Below, one piece after another: positions 49,181 through 64,000 of a stretch of DNA of 64,000 bases. Position numbers and translations under genes: made by a program. The first letter of the stretch is position 1. Every line of letters starts with the position of its first letter. The DNA is taken from the NCBI RefSeq assembly GCF_009914755.1, contig NC_060928.1. One strand, 5' to 3'. The notes beneath the pieces were generated by a model, which was not told where the DNA came from, did not search any database, and saw nothing but the letters and a program-made list of their open reading frames with translations. This stretch comes from the human T2T-CHM13v2.0 reference genome, Homo sapiens.

Positions 49181-49639
49181 TAAAATTTTTTACACTAGAA
49201 ATTGTTCACTATGTTGTACTATTGTCGTTATTATTTTTCAACTCATTTTGGCTATGAGCACTAAACTCTAACCTGAATATCATAGTTTCCTAGTTTCTGA
49301 GGCAATTTGGACTAAGGCAGTTTCAGAACTAACACAAGAGAATCTGGAATTGTCTTTATAAGACTGATGTCCCTGTGTCTGAAGGGAGGCCACGGAAGCC
49401 CAGCCATTCCCTGACATGCGCTCCAGTTTCACTCTTAGAGAGTAAGTAGGAGTGGGCGGGCTTTGTCCCCAGTCCTGCCACCCAGCCTCCTTTTCCCTGG
49501 GGTTTCCTATGGAAGGAGCTGCGTGTGTAAAGAGCAACACTCAGCGACACATCAAACCCAGTGTCTCTCTGGCTGGACCCGTCCTCAGCAGAGCCCCTAG
49601 AGCGCTTCTGGTTCCAGCTGCATTTGAAAACTGGCTTTT

Positions 49640-50137
<498 letters not shown>

Positions 50138-50520
50138 TTAGAGGCCAGGCCAGGCTACAGCAGGGAGTCTGAGGACCAACGGGACTCAGGGCAGGGCCTG
50201 GGTTCCCCGGTAAGACCAGGTTGGGCCATGTACTGGCAAATGTGGTCCAACGACTGACCTAATGGAAAAATAATTTCTGTAGGCAAAAGGTCTGGCCAGG
50301 GTATAAGGAGGGACAAAAGGAAGCGGTAGGAACATGGGGAGGAAGTTCTCTCCTTATAAAAATTGTATAAGATTTGAACTGTTCTATCTCAACATGTTTT
50401 TGAATGTGTATCATTGAAAAACAATGGAGTCGGGTGTGGATGCTAAAATTATTTTAGATAGTTCTTTCACTGTGGCCCCCACTGCCCCGAGAAAATGTTC
50501 CCTGAGTCCCATCAATTCTA

Positions 50521-50886
<366 letters not shown>

Positions 50887-51884
50887 TTAAGGAAATGATG
50901 ACTAGAAACTTCACAAGTGAGAAGTTATTTGTCCAGGAGAATCGGTGACTTACTGTATTTCTTTTAGTTAGATTGTATCAAGGTATGATTACAAAAATCA
51001 ATAACAATTTTATAGAAAATAAACAGAGAAGCAACAAGCTAAACCTATTGAGAGAACATAACTTGACTGTCATTTTATGTATATAATACAGTATTATTTA
51101 TAAAACTGTAATAGATAAGAGTCAGGTATACAGTATACATTTCAAAGTATTACCACAGCAATGAATAGTATTTACAGTTATCTATAATTGTAGAGTTGTT
51201 AACATGTACTTTTATCTGGATTTCTTACCTTAACAAAATACGGTCACTCTATCAATCTCAGAGAAATGTCTGTGCAATTAGTATTTTGGTGTTAACTTTG
51301 AGTCTTTATAAGGTCATATACTCATTTTTCAAAACGAAAAGTATTTCCACTGTAGAAAGATGTCTGTTGAGAAAATAAATCTCCCTTCAGCACAATTTTA
51401 ATTTCAAAATGCTGCAATACCCAGACCACAATCCTAGCTAGCATTAAGAAAAATCACATCGTACAAGGAATTATCACTAACAAAGGAATAAGGATTTTGA
51501 AGGCCGTTCTCAAGGAAAGAGCCGCATTGTTGAGTAGGAGTAATCTCAGGGGATGGCTGATATCAAAGGAACGGTGGAGTCTTTCTGCTTCCAGTACAGG
51601 ATGGAGCACAAAGCAAGATTGATTGTCATGTTTTACCTGCAATCAGGGTGAGGGAAAAAACGAAAGGGCTTTTCAAGAGTTGAAGGAAAAGGCTTTAAGG
51701 CAGAACAAGTGGAGATTAGAGCTTTTGTTTCACAGTGATGTTTGCTTTCATTTATACACATTCCTGATTTATACTTAATAACATGAAAGTGGCTAATTTT
51801 CCTATTCGTAAAAAATATTGCTAAGTGTGCAAATATGAATTACTCACTGCTTCTCTTTAAATGTACTCAGTTAACAGGTCAGGT

Positions 51885-52189
51885 TTTCTTTTTTAATTTT
51901 TTTTTTTTGAGACCAGAGTCTCACTCTGTACCCCAGGCTGAAGTGCAGTGGCGCGATCTTGGCTCACTGCAAACTCCGCCTCCCAGGTTCAAGTGATTCT
52001 TCTGCCTCAGCCTCCTAAGTAGCTGGGATTACAGGCATGTGCCCCTACGCCCAGCTAATTTTTGAATTTTTAGTAGAGACGGGGTTTCACCATGTTGGCT
52101 AGGCTGGTCTTGATCCCTTGACCTCGTGATCCGCCTGCCTCGGCCTCCAAAAGTGCTGGGATTACAGGCGTGAACCACTGTGCCTGGCC
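51885..52189 (-). mobile_element. AluSg-like
   Basis: Full dimer. Confidence 0.94.
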
Positions 52190-52213
52190 TTAATTCTTTT
52201 TTTTTTTTTAATT

Positions 52214-53352
52214 AGCAAACGAAACAATCAACAAGGTGAAGAGACAGCCCACAGAACGGGAGAAAATATTTGCAGTTTATCGAACTGACAAGTGATTAGT
52301 AACCAGAATATACAAGGAGTCCAAACAACTCAAAAACAAAAAAACAAATAATCTGATTTTAAAATAGGCAAAAGATCTGAACAGACATTTCTCAAAAGAA
52401 GAGATACAAATGGCCAACAGGTATTAAAAAAAAGTTCAACATCACTAATCATCAGAGAAATTCAAATCAAAATAATCATGAGCTATCATCTCATCGCACT
52501 TAAAATGGCTTTTATCAAAAAGACAGGCAATAAGGGATGCTGGCAAGGATGTGGAGAAAGGGGAACCATTGTACACTGTTGGTGGGAATTAAATTAGTAC
52601 AACCACTATGGAGAACGGTTTGGAGGTTCCTCAAAAAACTAAAAATAGACCTACCATATGATCCAGCAATCCCACCGGGTATATACACAAAAGAAAAGCA
52701 ATCAGTCTATTGAAGAGGTGTCTGCATTTCCATGTTTATTGCAGCACTGTTCACAATAGCCAAGATGTGGAATCAATCTAAGTGTCCATCAGCAGACGAA
52801 TGGGTAAATGAAATGTGGTACATATATAGAGAGAATGGAATATTCTTCAGCCATAAAAAGAATGAAATCATGTCATTTGCAACAACGTGAATGGAACTGG
52901 AGGATATTATGTGAAGTGATGAAATAAGCCAGGCACAGAAGGACAAATATTGCATGTTCCCACTCACGTTTGGGAAGTAAAACAATGATCTTACGGAAAT
53001 AGAGAGTAGAATTGTGGTTATCAGAGTCTGGAAGGGTAGTGGTGGGGGAGATGAAGAAAGAATTGTTAACAGGTACAAAAATACATTTAGATAGAAGGAA
53101 TAAGATGTAATGTTCAGTAGCTCAATAGGGTAAACATAGTTAACAGTAATTTATTGTGTATTTCAAAATAACTAGAAGATGGGAATTGGAATGTTTCTGA
53201 CACAAAGAAATGATAAATGCTTGAGGTGATGGGCATCCCATTACCCTGATTTGATCATTACGTGTTGTATGTGTTGTATGCTTATATCAAAATTTCACAT
53301 GTACCCCAAAATATGGACGACTATGATGTATTCAAAAACTAAAAATAAAAAA
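52214..53352 (+). mobile_element. L1MA-type 3' end
   Basis: ORF2 C-terminal motifs and L1MA 3' UTR tagatagaaggaataag..cacaaagaaatgataaatgcttgaggtgatgg. Confidence 0.88.
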
Positions 53353-53974
53353 ATTATGAATACGAGCAACTAGCATCTAGGCAACTGGGTCTGCTCTGTT
53401 TAATGATTTCAATAATTCAACAAATATTTATTGACTACCACTCATGTATTAGACACTAAGATATTTGATAATGATACAATGGTGAATCAACAGATAAATG
53501 ATTTATCCTGATGCTTATACATTAGTAAGGAAGATTAAAAAAACTCGTAATCAAGTTAAGTGTGACAGGCATCATGTGCTTATTGGAACATGTAGAAGGG
53601 GTTTCTGTGTCCCTGCAATCAGGACAGGTCTTTCTGAGTCTGAAGTATGAATCAGAGTTAGGTAAAGCAGAGAGGGAAGGCAGTTTAGTTTCCTTGGTAC
53701 AAGACAGTGTATTAAACACTGCAGTAGAGAGAATTGTAAATGATAATTCTGCACTTACAGAATTTGCAATTGAGTAAATATGAGAATATTATCTAAATGT
53801 ACTGAATGCTCATTGTGTGCTAGGTGTTATTAAATACTTTACTTGTATTGATTCCTTTAATCCTCACAACAACTCTATGAAGGAGTTACTGTTATTGACC
53901 ATCTAAAGGTGAGGAAACAGAGGAACAGAAATAGGAAGTAGCTTGCACAGATCTTCCTGATCTCCCTCATAGCC

Positions 53975-54025
53975 AATGACAGGCCTAACATAACAAATAC
54001 AATGACAGGCCTAACATACAAATAC
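53975..54025. repeat. 26-bp tandem duplication within a MIR
   Basis: aatgacaggcctaacata(a)caaatac twice. Confidence 0.92.
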
Positions 54026-54049
54026 TTGGCGTCTGGGTCCGAAGCATGC

Positions 54050-54051
<2 letters not shown>

Positions 54052-54080
<29 letters not shown>

Positions 54081-54359
54081 GAGACGAAGTCTTGCTCTGT
54101 CACCCAGGATGGAGTGCAGTGGCACGATCTCAGCTTACTGCAACCTCCACCTCCCAGGTTCAAGCAATTCCCTGCCGCAGCCTCCCAAGTAGCTGGGATT
54201 ACAGGTGCCCACCACCACACCCGGCTAATTTTTGGATTTTTAGTAGAGACGGGGTTTCACCACGTTGGCCAGGCTGGTCACGAACTCCTGACCTCATGAT
54301 CCACCTGCCTCGGCCTCCTAAAGTGCTGGGATTACAGGCGTGAGCCACCGCACCCGGCC
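54052..54359 (-). mobile_element. AluSg-like
   Basis: Full dimer with T tail. Confidence 0.95.
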
Positions 54360-54517
54360 TCAAAACCTGCACTCTTAAGAAGCATTTTAGTCTAAGAAAA
54401 GATTGACATATATAATTGCAGATTTACAAATAACTGCAATGCAGTAAATTACAGTTACTATAAGAGCATCCTTATGTCGGAGCTCAGTGGAATGCCTAGG
54501 GCTTGGTGTGCCTTAGC

Positions 54518-55550
<1,033 letters not shown>

Positions 55551-56696
55551 TTACTAGTTCTCAGAGTGATGCTGCATAATACAAGAAGAGGCTACCTTCA
55601 TTTGATGTTCCTATGATTACTGTATGTCCGCCTCTACCGTGATACCGACTTGCTAAGGATTGCTAACATTTAGGCATACTTGCATCGTAACAACTTAACA
55701 GTTTAACTTTGACTACAAAGGCCAGTGAAGGGATCGTCTACTATAATTTTCAATTACGTTGAAATGTTTCCACAATAACTATCTTTAAACACTTTATGTG
55801 TCTAGAAATGCAGGTTACTTGGTGAAATCTAATCTCGATGGAAAGCTTTGATGCTCTGTATCAAATGAAAACCAATTTAAGCCATCTATGCTGCACATTA
55901 ATATTAAGCAATTATATTAACTGAAAGCACTGTGAATACATGAATTGCTTTCATTAAAAAAAGATTTCCTTAATTACCTTCTAAGCAAATATTCTCCACT
56001 AAACTTTTTAAGTATTTGCAATACTCAAATAAAATAGGTAATGGAGATGTCAATTTACATGAAATACATATTTCTAAAAATCTAACTTGCATTGCAAGTT
56101 TAAAATATGTTTACAAAATCCAGAATTAAATATAATTTTATAAGGCTATTTTTATTTGGACACTGTTATGTTATTCGGAGAAAACAGTATTTCTTGTTTT
56201 TCATCCTTTACTAGCTCAAGGCTTGTCAGGATGCCACTCATATCATATTGTGATGTTATGATGTATGCCCATACCACTTTCTGTCTCAAGGAAAAGGTCT
56301 GTCTCCTCTTATCCACATTGGCCGCTGTGCCCATCTCTCTGGTTTCCATCTTGCTGGCACTAAGGTAGCCCCTCATGTTCACAGAGAAGAAAGGCTGAGG
56401 AGGTACATGGGTTTTTTGTGACCGCAAGCTTTTCAGTGCTTGTGTGACTCTAACTTCTGTGAAATTTCTTGATTTTCCTCAAGTAGGACTTCAGGGATTC
56501 ATGGAATATAAAAGATGGAGCTAAAACAGACTATTTCCCACATGTTCTTAGGCTTAAATGTTGAAGTGTAAATGTTTAAGTTGTATTTATTTATTTAGGA
56601 CAAATTATAATTGCATGTAATTGTGGGGTGCACAATGATGTTGTGATATATGCCCACAGTTTAGAATGATTGAATCAAGCCAATGACATATCCATC

Positions 56697-56993
<297 letters not shown>

Positions 56994-57676
56994 CCCCATT
57001 TTAAATATATATCATTTATTCCTCCTGTTTAAAGCTTAATACCCTTTGACCGACACCTCTCATTTTCCCTACCCTCCAGCCTCTGGTAACCACCGTTCTA
57101 CCCTCTGCTTCTGTGCATTTGACTTTTTAAAATTCCACATGAGTGAGATCACAGGGTATTTGTCTCTGTGCCTCACTTATTTCACTTAACATAGTGTCCT
57201 CCAGGTTCATCCATGTTGTAAATGAAATAATTTCTTTCTTTTTCTTTTTTTCTTTCTTTTTTTTTTAAGGCTGAAGAACATTCCATTGTGTGTATATATC
57301 TCATTTTCTTTTTCCATTTATCCATTGATTGACACTTAGATTGATTCCATGACTTGGCTATTGTAAACAATGCTGCAACAAACATGGAAGTGCTGATATC
57401 TCTTAGACATATTAATTTCAAGTCCTAAGGGTATATAGTTAGAATAGGGTTGCTGGAACATATGGTAATCCTATTTTTAGTTTTCTAAGGGAACTCCACA
57501 CTGTTTTCTGTAATGGCTGTGCTAATTTATATTCCCACCAGTGTACAGTGTTCCCTTTTCTTCACATCCTCACCATCACGGTTGTTATCTTTCCTCTTTT
57601 TGTTGCTAGCTCTTCTGATAGATGATATATCATAGTTTTAATTTCTATTTCCCTAATGATTAGTGATATTGAGCAT

Positions 57677-57709
<33 letters not shown>
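57677..57709. repeat. (TA)n microsatellite
   Basis: Direct reading. Confidence 0.95.
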
Positions 57710-60700
57710 GTTGGCCATTTGCATGTCTTATTTTGAAAAATATTTATTCAGTTTCTTTGCCCATTTTTAAATTGGATTTTTTTTTTTTGCTATTAACTTT
57801 TTTGAGCTCCTTATACATTTGGGGTATTAGTTCCTTATATAATGTATTGCTTGTAAATTTTTTTCTGATCTGCAGATTGTCTCTTCACTTGTAGTTGTTT
57901 TCTTTGTTGTGCAAATATTTTTTAGTTAACTGTAATCTTACTTGTCTATTTTTGTTTTTGTTATTTGATCTTTTGGAGGTCAAATAAAAAAAAAAAAAAA
58001 AAAACATTGCCCAGACCAGTGTTGTGTAGTTTTCTCCTCTGTGTTTTCCTAGTACTTTTTATAATTTCAGGTTTTACATTTAAATCTTTAATTCATTTTG
58101 GGTTTATTTTTGTATACTCTGTGAGATAGGGTGGGACTAATATTATTCGTCTGCATGTGAATATCTCATTTTCTCATTGTCCTTTATGGGAGAGATTGTT
58201 CTTTACGCATTGTGTGTGTTCTTGGCATTTTTATCAAAGTCAATTGACGAAGGGCATCGGTTCATTTTTGTGCTCTCTATTCTGTTCCATTGGTCAGTGT
58301 TTCTGTTTATACTAGTGTCATGCTGTTTTAATTACTATGGCTTTGTAATATAGTTTGAAGTCAGGTAGTGTAAGACCTCTAGCTTTGTTCATTTTGTTCA
58401 AGACTGCCTTGGCTAGTCAGGCTTTTTTGTGTGTGTTTCTGTATGAATTTTACGATTTTTTTTTTCTATTTCCATTTGCATGAAATATCTTTTTCTGTTA
58501 CTTCACTTTTAGTCTATTTGAATCTTTAATAGTGAGGTAAGTCTCTTGTAGGTAGCATATAGTTGGGTTTTGTTTTTATACATCCTATTTCTTTGTCAAG
58601 CTTCTCATTTTGTATTATTTTTCATATTTTATTTAATCTTCTATCCTTATATTCTTATAGCTGACTGAACTTCTTTAAGAGAACTATATTAATTTTTTGT
58701 TAGTTATTTCATAGCTCTCCATTTCTTTAGGGCCTATTGTTGAAGCTTTATTTGTTTCTTCTGGAGATGTCATTATTCTGATTCTTCATAATCTTTGTGT
58801 CCTTACATTGGTGCTTGTGCATTTGAAGAAATGGTCACCTCTTCTGTCCTTTACAGGTATTCTTTGGCAAAGTTATACTCTCACTGAAGTCTAGCCTGTG
58901 ATTCTAGGTCGGCTACCTGGTAACGGCGCTAAGCAGGTAGAGCTTGGCGTTAGACTCTCTAGCTTGCTGAGCCTCTGCCTTTGCTTTGAGATCAGATGGA
59001 TCTGAGCTCTTCTATTTGGTGAGACCACTGGCTGGGTTCTGCAATCAGGCAGAGATGGTAGCTGGGTCCTCTGATTGGATGAAGACACAATGTGTATTCC
59101 CTAGTTAAATGGTACTGCTGTTTGACTTTTGGAATTTGGGTAGGGCTGCAGATTGGGTCCTAAGCTTAGGCTGAGTCACTGATTGGGAGAGTCAGGATCA
59201 GCTGCTAAGTTTGGCAGAAATGCACAATATTGAGGTTTACTTCCCTGCCTGGATGTAGCTTTGGTGTGGGATTTGAGGTTGAGGTGAGCTGCTATTTGAA
59301 CTCCCAGACTGGGGTGGTCTAGCCCCTGTATGTAGCCAAGATATGCCATGGTGGGTGTCTCACTCCATGAGCAGGGTCTTCTTGGGTCTGGTTCTTGGGA
59401 TGGACTTTTAGGTTGAGCCAAACTCCTCTTAAATGCCCAGGTGGTGCAAGTATAGTCCCTGTGCTTTGCCAAAATACTCTGTGGTAGGTATCTCTCTTCT
59501 CAGCAGGAGGAAGTTGGGGGAAGCCTGAAGCTGAGCATGGAGGCTGAGCATCTAGGGATTTAAGCTAGATTGATCTTTCCACTGTGCTTCTGGGGTAACC
59601 AGCTTAGCTTTGCAGGTGGGCTATGGTACTCCCACCTATGTGGTGCTGTTTAAGAGGCTACTACTGGTACCTCTCATCAGGTGCCTCTGCTGACAGTAAT
59701 GCAGAGCTACCACCAAGATACAAGCCCTGTCTACTGTGAGTAACATCTCCTTTCTTTGCTTGTATTTGACCCCAGGTGACCTAGTCATGCCATGATCCCA
59801 TGTTTCCCATGAGGTGAGAACAGATTGGGCTTCCTGAGAGGCATCTTGGAGTGCTAGTTAAGCTGGATGGCCACCTTATGTTTTATTTTTCCACTTTAGA
59901 AACTGTGGACCAGGGGAATCCTCTCTATGTGGCACTGTGCCCATTGGGGAGGGGGAAGGGGTAGCACAGTCAGAGTGACACTGTTGTTACCTGTCTGATG
60001 TAGTTTTTATGTGGTTCTGTCTCAGGTTTATTTACAATTTTGGAATTTTTGCCAAGATGGTCTTGTATAGAAATAGTTGCTAGTTGACCTTTCTTTTGGA
60101 AGGGAAGAGCTGAGATGTCCTATTCTGCCATCTTGCTGATATCATTCCCTTTGTTTCAAAATTTTTAATATAAAGCTATTCCCTAGGTTAATTGCTTGTA
60201 AATGTGAAGGTTGTATTATATCAAAAGATATAAATTTGGAGTCACATCAAAAGAAAGAAGAAAAGTGAGAAAAACTACTTTAAATCAATTATGAGGTCAA
60301 ATATGTGCTCCAAAATATTTTTTTTCTTTTGCAATGTAAGGATCAATTCAGAAAAAAGAAAATGTTTGCAGAGGCCTTTCTTAAATGATATTTTTTCTTA
60401 ATTTTTATCAACGATTGCTGCTTGTGTTTAGTTTTATTTTAAACAGCTTTATTGAACTATGATCGACATACACTAAACTTAAACATTTGACAAATTTTGA
60501 CATATATATATATATATACATATATATAAAACATCACTATAGTAAAAAAATGAGAATATCCATTTCCCAAAAGTTTTCTCTTGCCCCTGGTAGTCTCTTG
60601 CACCTGACCTTTCCTGCCACCTCTCCCTTCCAAAAACAGTATATACTCCATTTTTTTCTGGCTTCTTTTATTTATGTCATTCAGAATGAATATTTTGAGA

Positions 60701-61320
60701 TTTATCCAAGTTGTAGCATGTTATTAATAGTTTATTGTTTTTGGTGTTGTGTGGTATTTCATTGAATGGTTAGACCATTGATGGATATTTGGGTTGTTTT
60801 CAGTTTTTGGCTATTACACATAAGGCTGCTATGAATGTTTATATACAAGCTTTTATGTGGACAGGGATTTTAATATTTATTGGGTAATACTTAGAAATGG
60901 AACAGCTGGTAGGTATATGGTAGGTTTACATCGAACTTAAAAAGCTGTCAAAATGTTTTCCAAAGTGGCAGTGCCACCTCACATTCCCATCAGCAGTATA
61001 TGAGAATGTATATTACACCACATCCTCTCCAGCACTTGTATGGTCAGTTTAAAAAACACTTGTATAGTCTAATAGGTGCATGGTGGTAGTTCATTGTGGT
61101 TTTAATTTGCACTTCTTTTGTGACCAAAGATGTATAGCATTGTTTGTCATTGATAGATCTTCTGTGGTAAAGTCCCTATTCACAGCTTTGGACCATGATT
61201 TCAATTGGGTTTTTTGTTTTTTTTCATATTATTGAAATTTAGGAGCCATTCATATATTTTGGGTCCATCTCCTATATCAGATATATAATTTTCAAATTTT
61301 TTTCAGTCTGTGGTTTATAT

Positions 61321-61627
61321 TTTAATTTTATTTATTTAATTAATTTTTGGTGGGGGGAGACAGGGTCTTGCTTTGTCACCCAGGCAGGAGTGCAGTGGTG
61401 TGATCACAACTCACCGAAGCCTCAACCTCCCAGGCTCAGGTGATCCTCCCACCTCAGCCTCCCGAGTAACTGGGACCTATGCCTGCATGGCTAATGTTAT
61501 TATTTTTTGTAGAGACAGGGTCTCACTATGTTGCTCAGGTTGGTCTTCAACACTTGGGCTCAAATGAGTCTCCTACCACGGCCTCCCAAAGTGCTGGGAT
61601 TACAAATTTGAGCCACTGTGCCTGGCC
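61321..61627 (-). mobile_element. AluJ
   Basis: cagggtcttgc, agcctcaacctcccaggctcaggtgatcctccc. Confidence 0.9.
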
Positions 61628-61643
61628 TTAATTTTCTTAATAA

Positions 61644-61943
<300 letters not shown>

Positions 61944-62306
61944 GAAGAGCAGGAGTTTTATGTTTTGTTAAAGTACAATTTATTACTACTTTCTTTTATG
62001 GCTCATCATTTTGTCATCTGTAAGATATTGTTACCTTATCTAAGATCACCGAGGTTTTTTTTTTCTTTTGTTTTTCTGGAATTTTTAAGGGATTTGGCTT
62101 AGTCTCCTGGAGATGGAGTGAGAACAAAGATCCTAGAGAAATAGTGATGGAGTTATATTTGGGTGAGGCTGCAAAGAAGATTGGTGTGGGGTTCTGGAAA
62201 GAGCAGGGGTCTTTTTCAAAATGATCATAAGCAGTACTCTGGGGATGTGTGAAAAACTCAGAAAGAATTCCTTTGACTACTTGGTGCTGTTTAAGAGGCT
62301 ACTACT

Positions 62307-62602
62307 GGCCGGGCCCAGTGGCTCATGCCTGTAATCCTAGCACTTTGCGGGGCTGAGGCGTGCAGATCACCTGAGGTCAGGAGTACAAGATCATCCTGGC
62401 CAACATGGTGAAACCCTGTCTCTACTAAAAATACAAAAAAATTACCTGGGCATGGTGGCGCACACCTGTAATTTCAGCTACTCGGAGGCTGAGACAAGAT
62501 AAATTACTTGAACCCGGGAGGCAGAGGTTGCAGTGAGCTGAGATCGTGACACTGCCCTCCATCCTGGAGATCGAGACTCTGCCTTTAAAAAAAAAAAAAA
62601 AA
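62307..62602 (+). mobile_element. AluSx-like
   Basis: TSD aag(a/t)ggctact(a/c)c. Confidence 0.93.
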
Positions 62603-64000
62603 GTGGCTACTCCCAAGGCCTAGCCATTTTCGGTTCCCAAAGATCTATGGAAATGGCAGAACTGGCAACCTTTAAGGAATCACAAAGGCTAAGAAAACAA
62701 ACATCTCAGTCTTAGTTACTTAACTAGCACGAACTCAGATCTGAGGATGAGGGGCCTCCCTGATGGGCAGGAACTTGGTTTGATCATAGAGTGCCAAGAA
62801 TGAGCTAGAATATCCTGCTAGCTTTGCAATACGCAAACTTGGTGCCAGGTTAATGCAGAATTAATTTAAAGAAAATAACAAAATGCAATATCTTTCATAC
62901 CTCGTAGTTACAATATTAAAACTAATACACCACATACTATATAGATTAATTCCAAGTTGCATAATTTCTTTATACTGTTCTTCTCAGAATGGTAGTCTAA
63001 TCTAGGTCTATAATTCGTGCTGACCCACGGCAGTGACCTGAAAGAGTTGGCACTTTCAGATTTTGAATATGTTGTCTCAGAGCATTTTCTCTCCACCTTT
63101 GCTAAGGACACGTCTCCCCTCAGCTTTCCGTGTCCGTCCCTGTTTCAGGCAAGGTGAGTTAGGCTCACAGTGAGCTCCGCCAGCTGTGGCTGTGTGTATT
63201 TGTGTGTCTGTGTGTTGTAGTGGTAACAGCATCAGCAGTGTTTGTTGCAGATCAGCTAACTCTGGTAAGAAGTTTCAAAGCTGGTTGTTATTTACTTTTT
63301 CGCTTTTTTTTTTGTTCCACCTGATAATTTTCCAAGTTAATTATTTATGCTGCAGAAAAATTATAATGCGTTATGAAAGCAATTCTGTGCTGTATCAGCT
63401 TTCCATTTTCTCTTTTGATCAAATATCACTATATTTCATACATATTTTTTCACAATTCGCAGTTTAGGATTGCAGCCACTTCTCGGTTTCATGATGGATG
63501 GAAGTTTAGTTTCTAGTTTTTGTATGTTTAAATAGGTCTCCATAGGTTTTAAGAATATGTCTGATACTATTTTAACAAATCTTTAGCCTCTGGAGTATGT
63601 ATTCTGTGTGTGTGCCAATACTACTAAGAACTCAGTTTCTCTTTAAAACATATTTTTATGCCCTCCATCCCTGCTCCACCCCATCATTTTTCCTGGGAGC
63701 AGCCAAAGCCATAGACAGAGTAGGAATTTAAATGTAATTTACAAATGCTGTCCTTCTCATTCCTCCTCCTGTGGTGATTTGTCCCAGGCCTCCTCTCTTC
63801 CTCTTCTAAGTCTAAATCAATATCAGTTAACACTGTCTCGCCAACACTCCTATGAGCTCCACCTCACAGATTAGCAGAGCCTTTTCTCATTTCAGAGGTA
63901 ACAGTTGAATGTGAATGAGTTGAATCAGGCTGATATAGGTTTCTACTGGATTTTCACTTTTCCACCTATAAAAATGAGAAAAATGAGAGACAGCTGAAAA

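Overview
Primate (very likely human or great-ape) nuclear DNA: AT-rich, with about 39 Alu elements or fragments, several L1s, LTRs (MLT1, MLT2A, MER4, LOR1-like), MER58, MIR and L2 remnants. There is no intact protein-coding gene. The only recognisable coding homology is a processed RPL7A pseudogene (minus strand, ~54518-55252) with an internal deletion. Almost all ORF-track entries are Alu, L1 or simple-repeat translations. Signals beyond ordinary repeats: (1) a minus-strand TATA + initiator + perfect splice donor at 291-570; (2) a small CpG island at ~42.2-42.46 kb with a perfect minus-strand donor and several well-formed non-coding minus-strand exon candidates, suggesting a leftward transcript with alternative starts; (3) a 21 x 15-bp minisatellite born inside an LTR fragment, whose single-unit ancestral state is visible in a paralogous LTR at 12 kb; (4) local templated-copy events (an Alu arm plus flank relocated into a neighbouring inverted Alu, a 27-bp exact copy 2.6 kb apart, a ~150-bp duplicate 6.5 kb apart); (5) AT-to-GC-skewed AluYs flanking the CpG island. 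I could not identify the locus or host gene and see no prokaryote-type system such as CRISPR. Repeat subfamily calls are from remembered consensus sequences and need RepeatMasker/Dfam confirmation; boundaries are approximate to a few bases.
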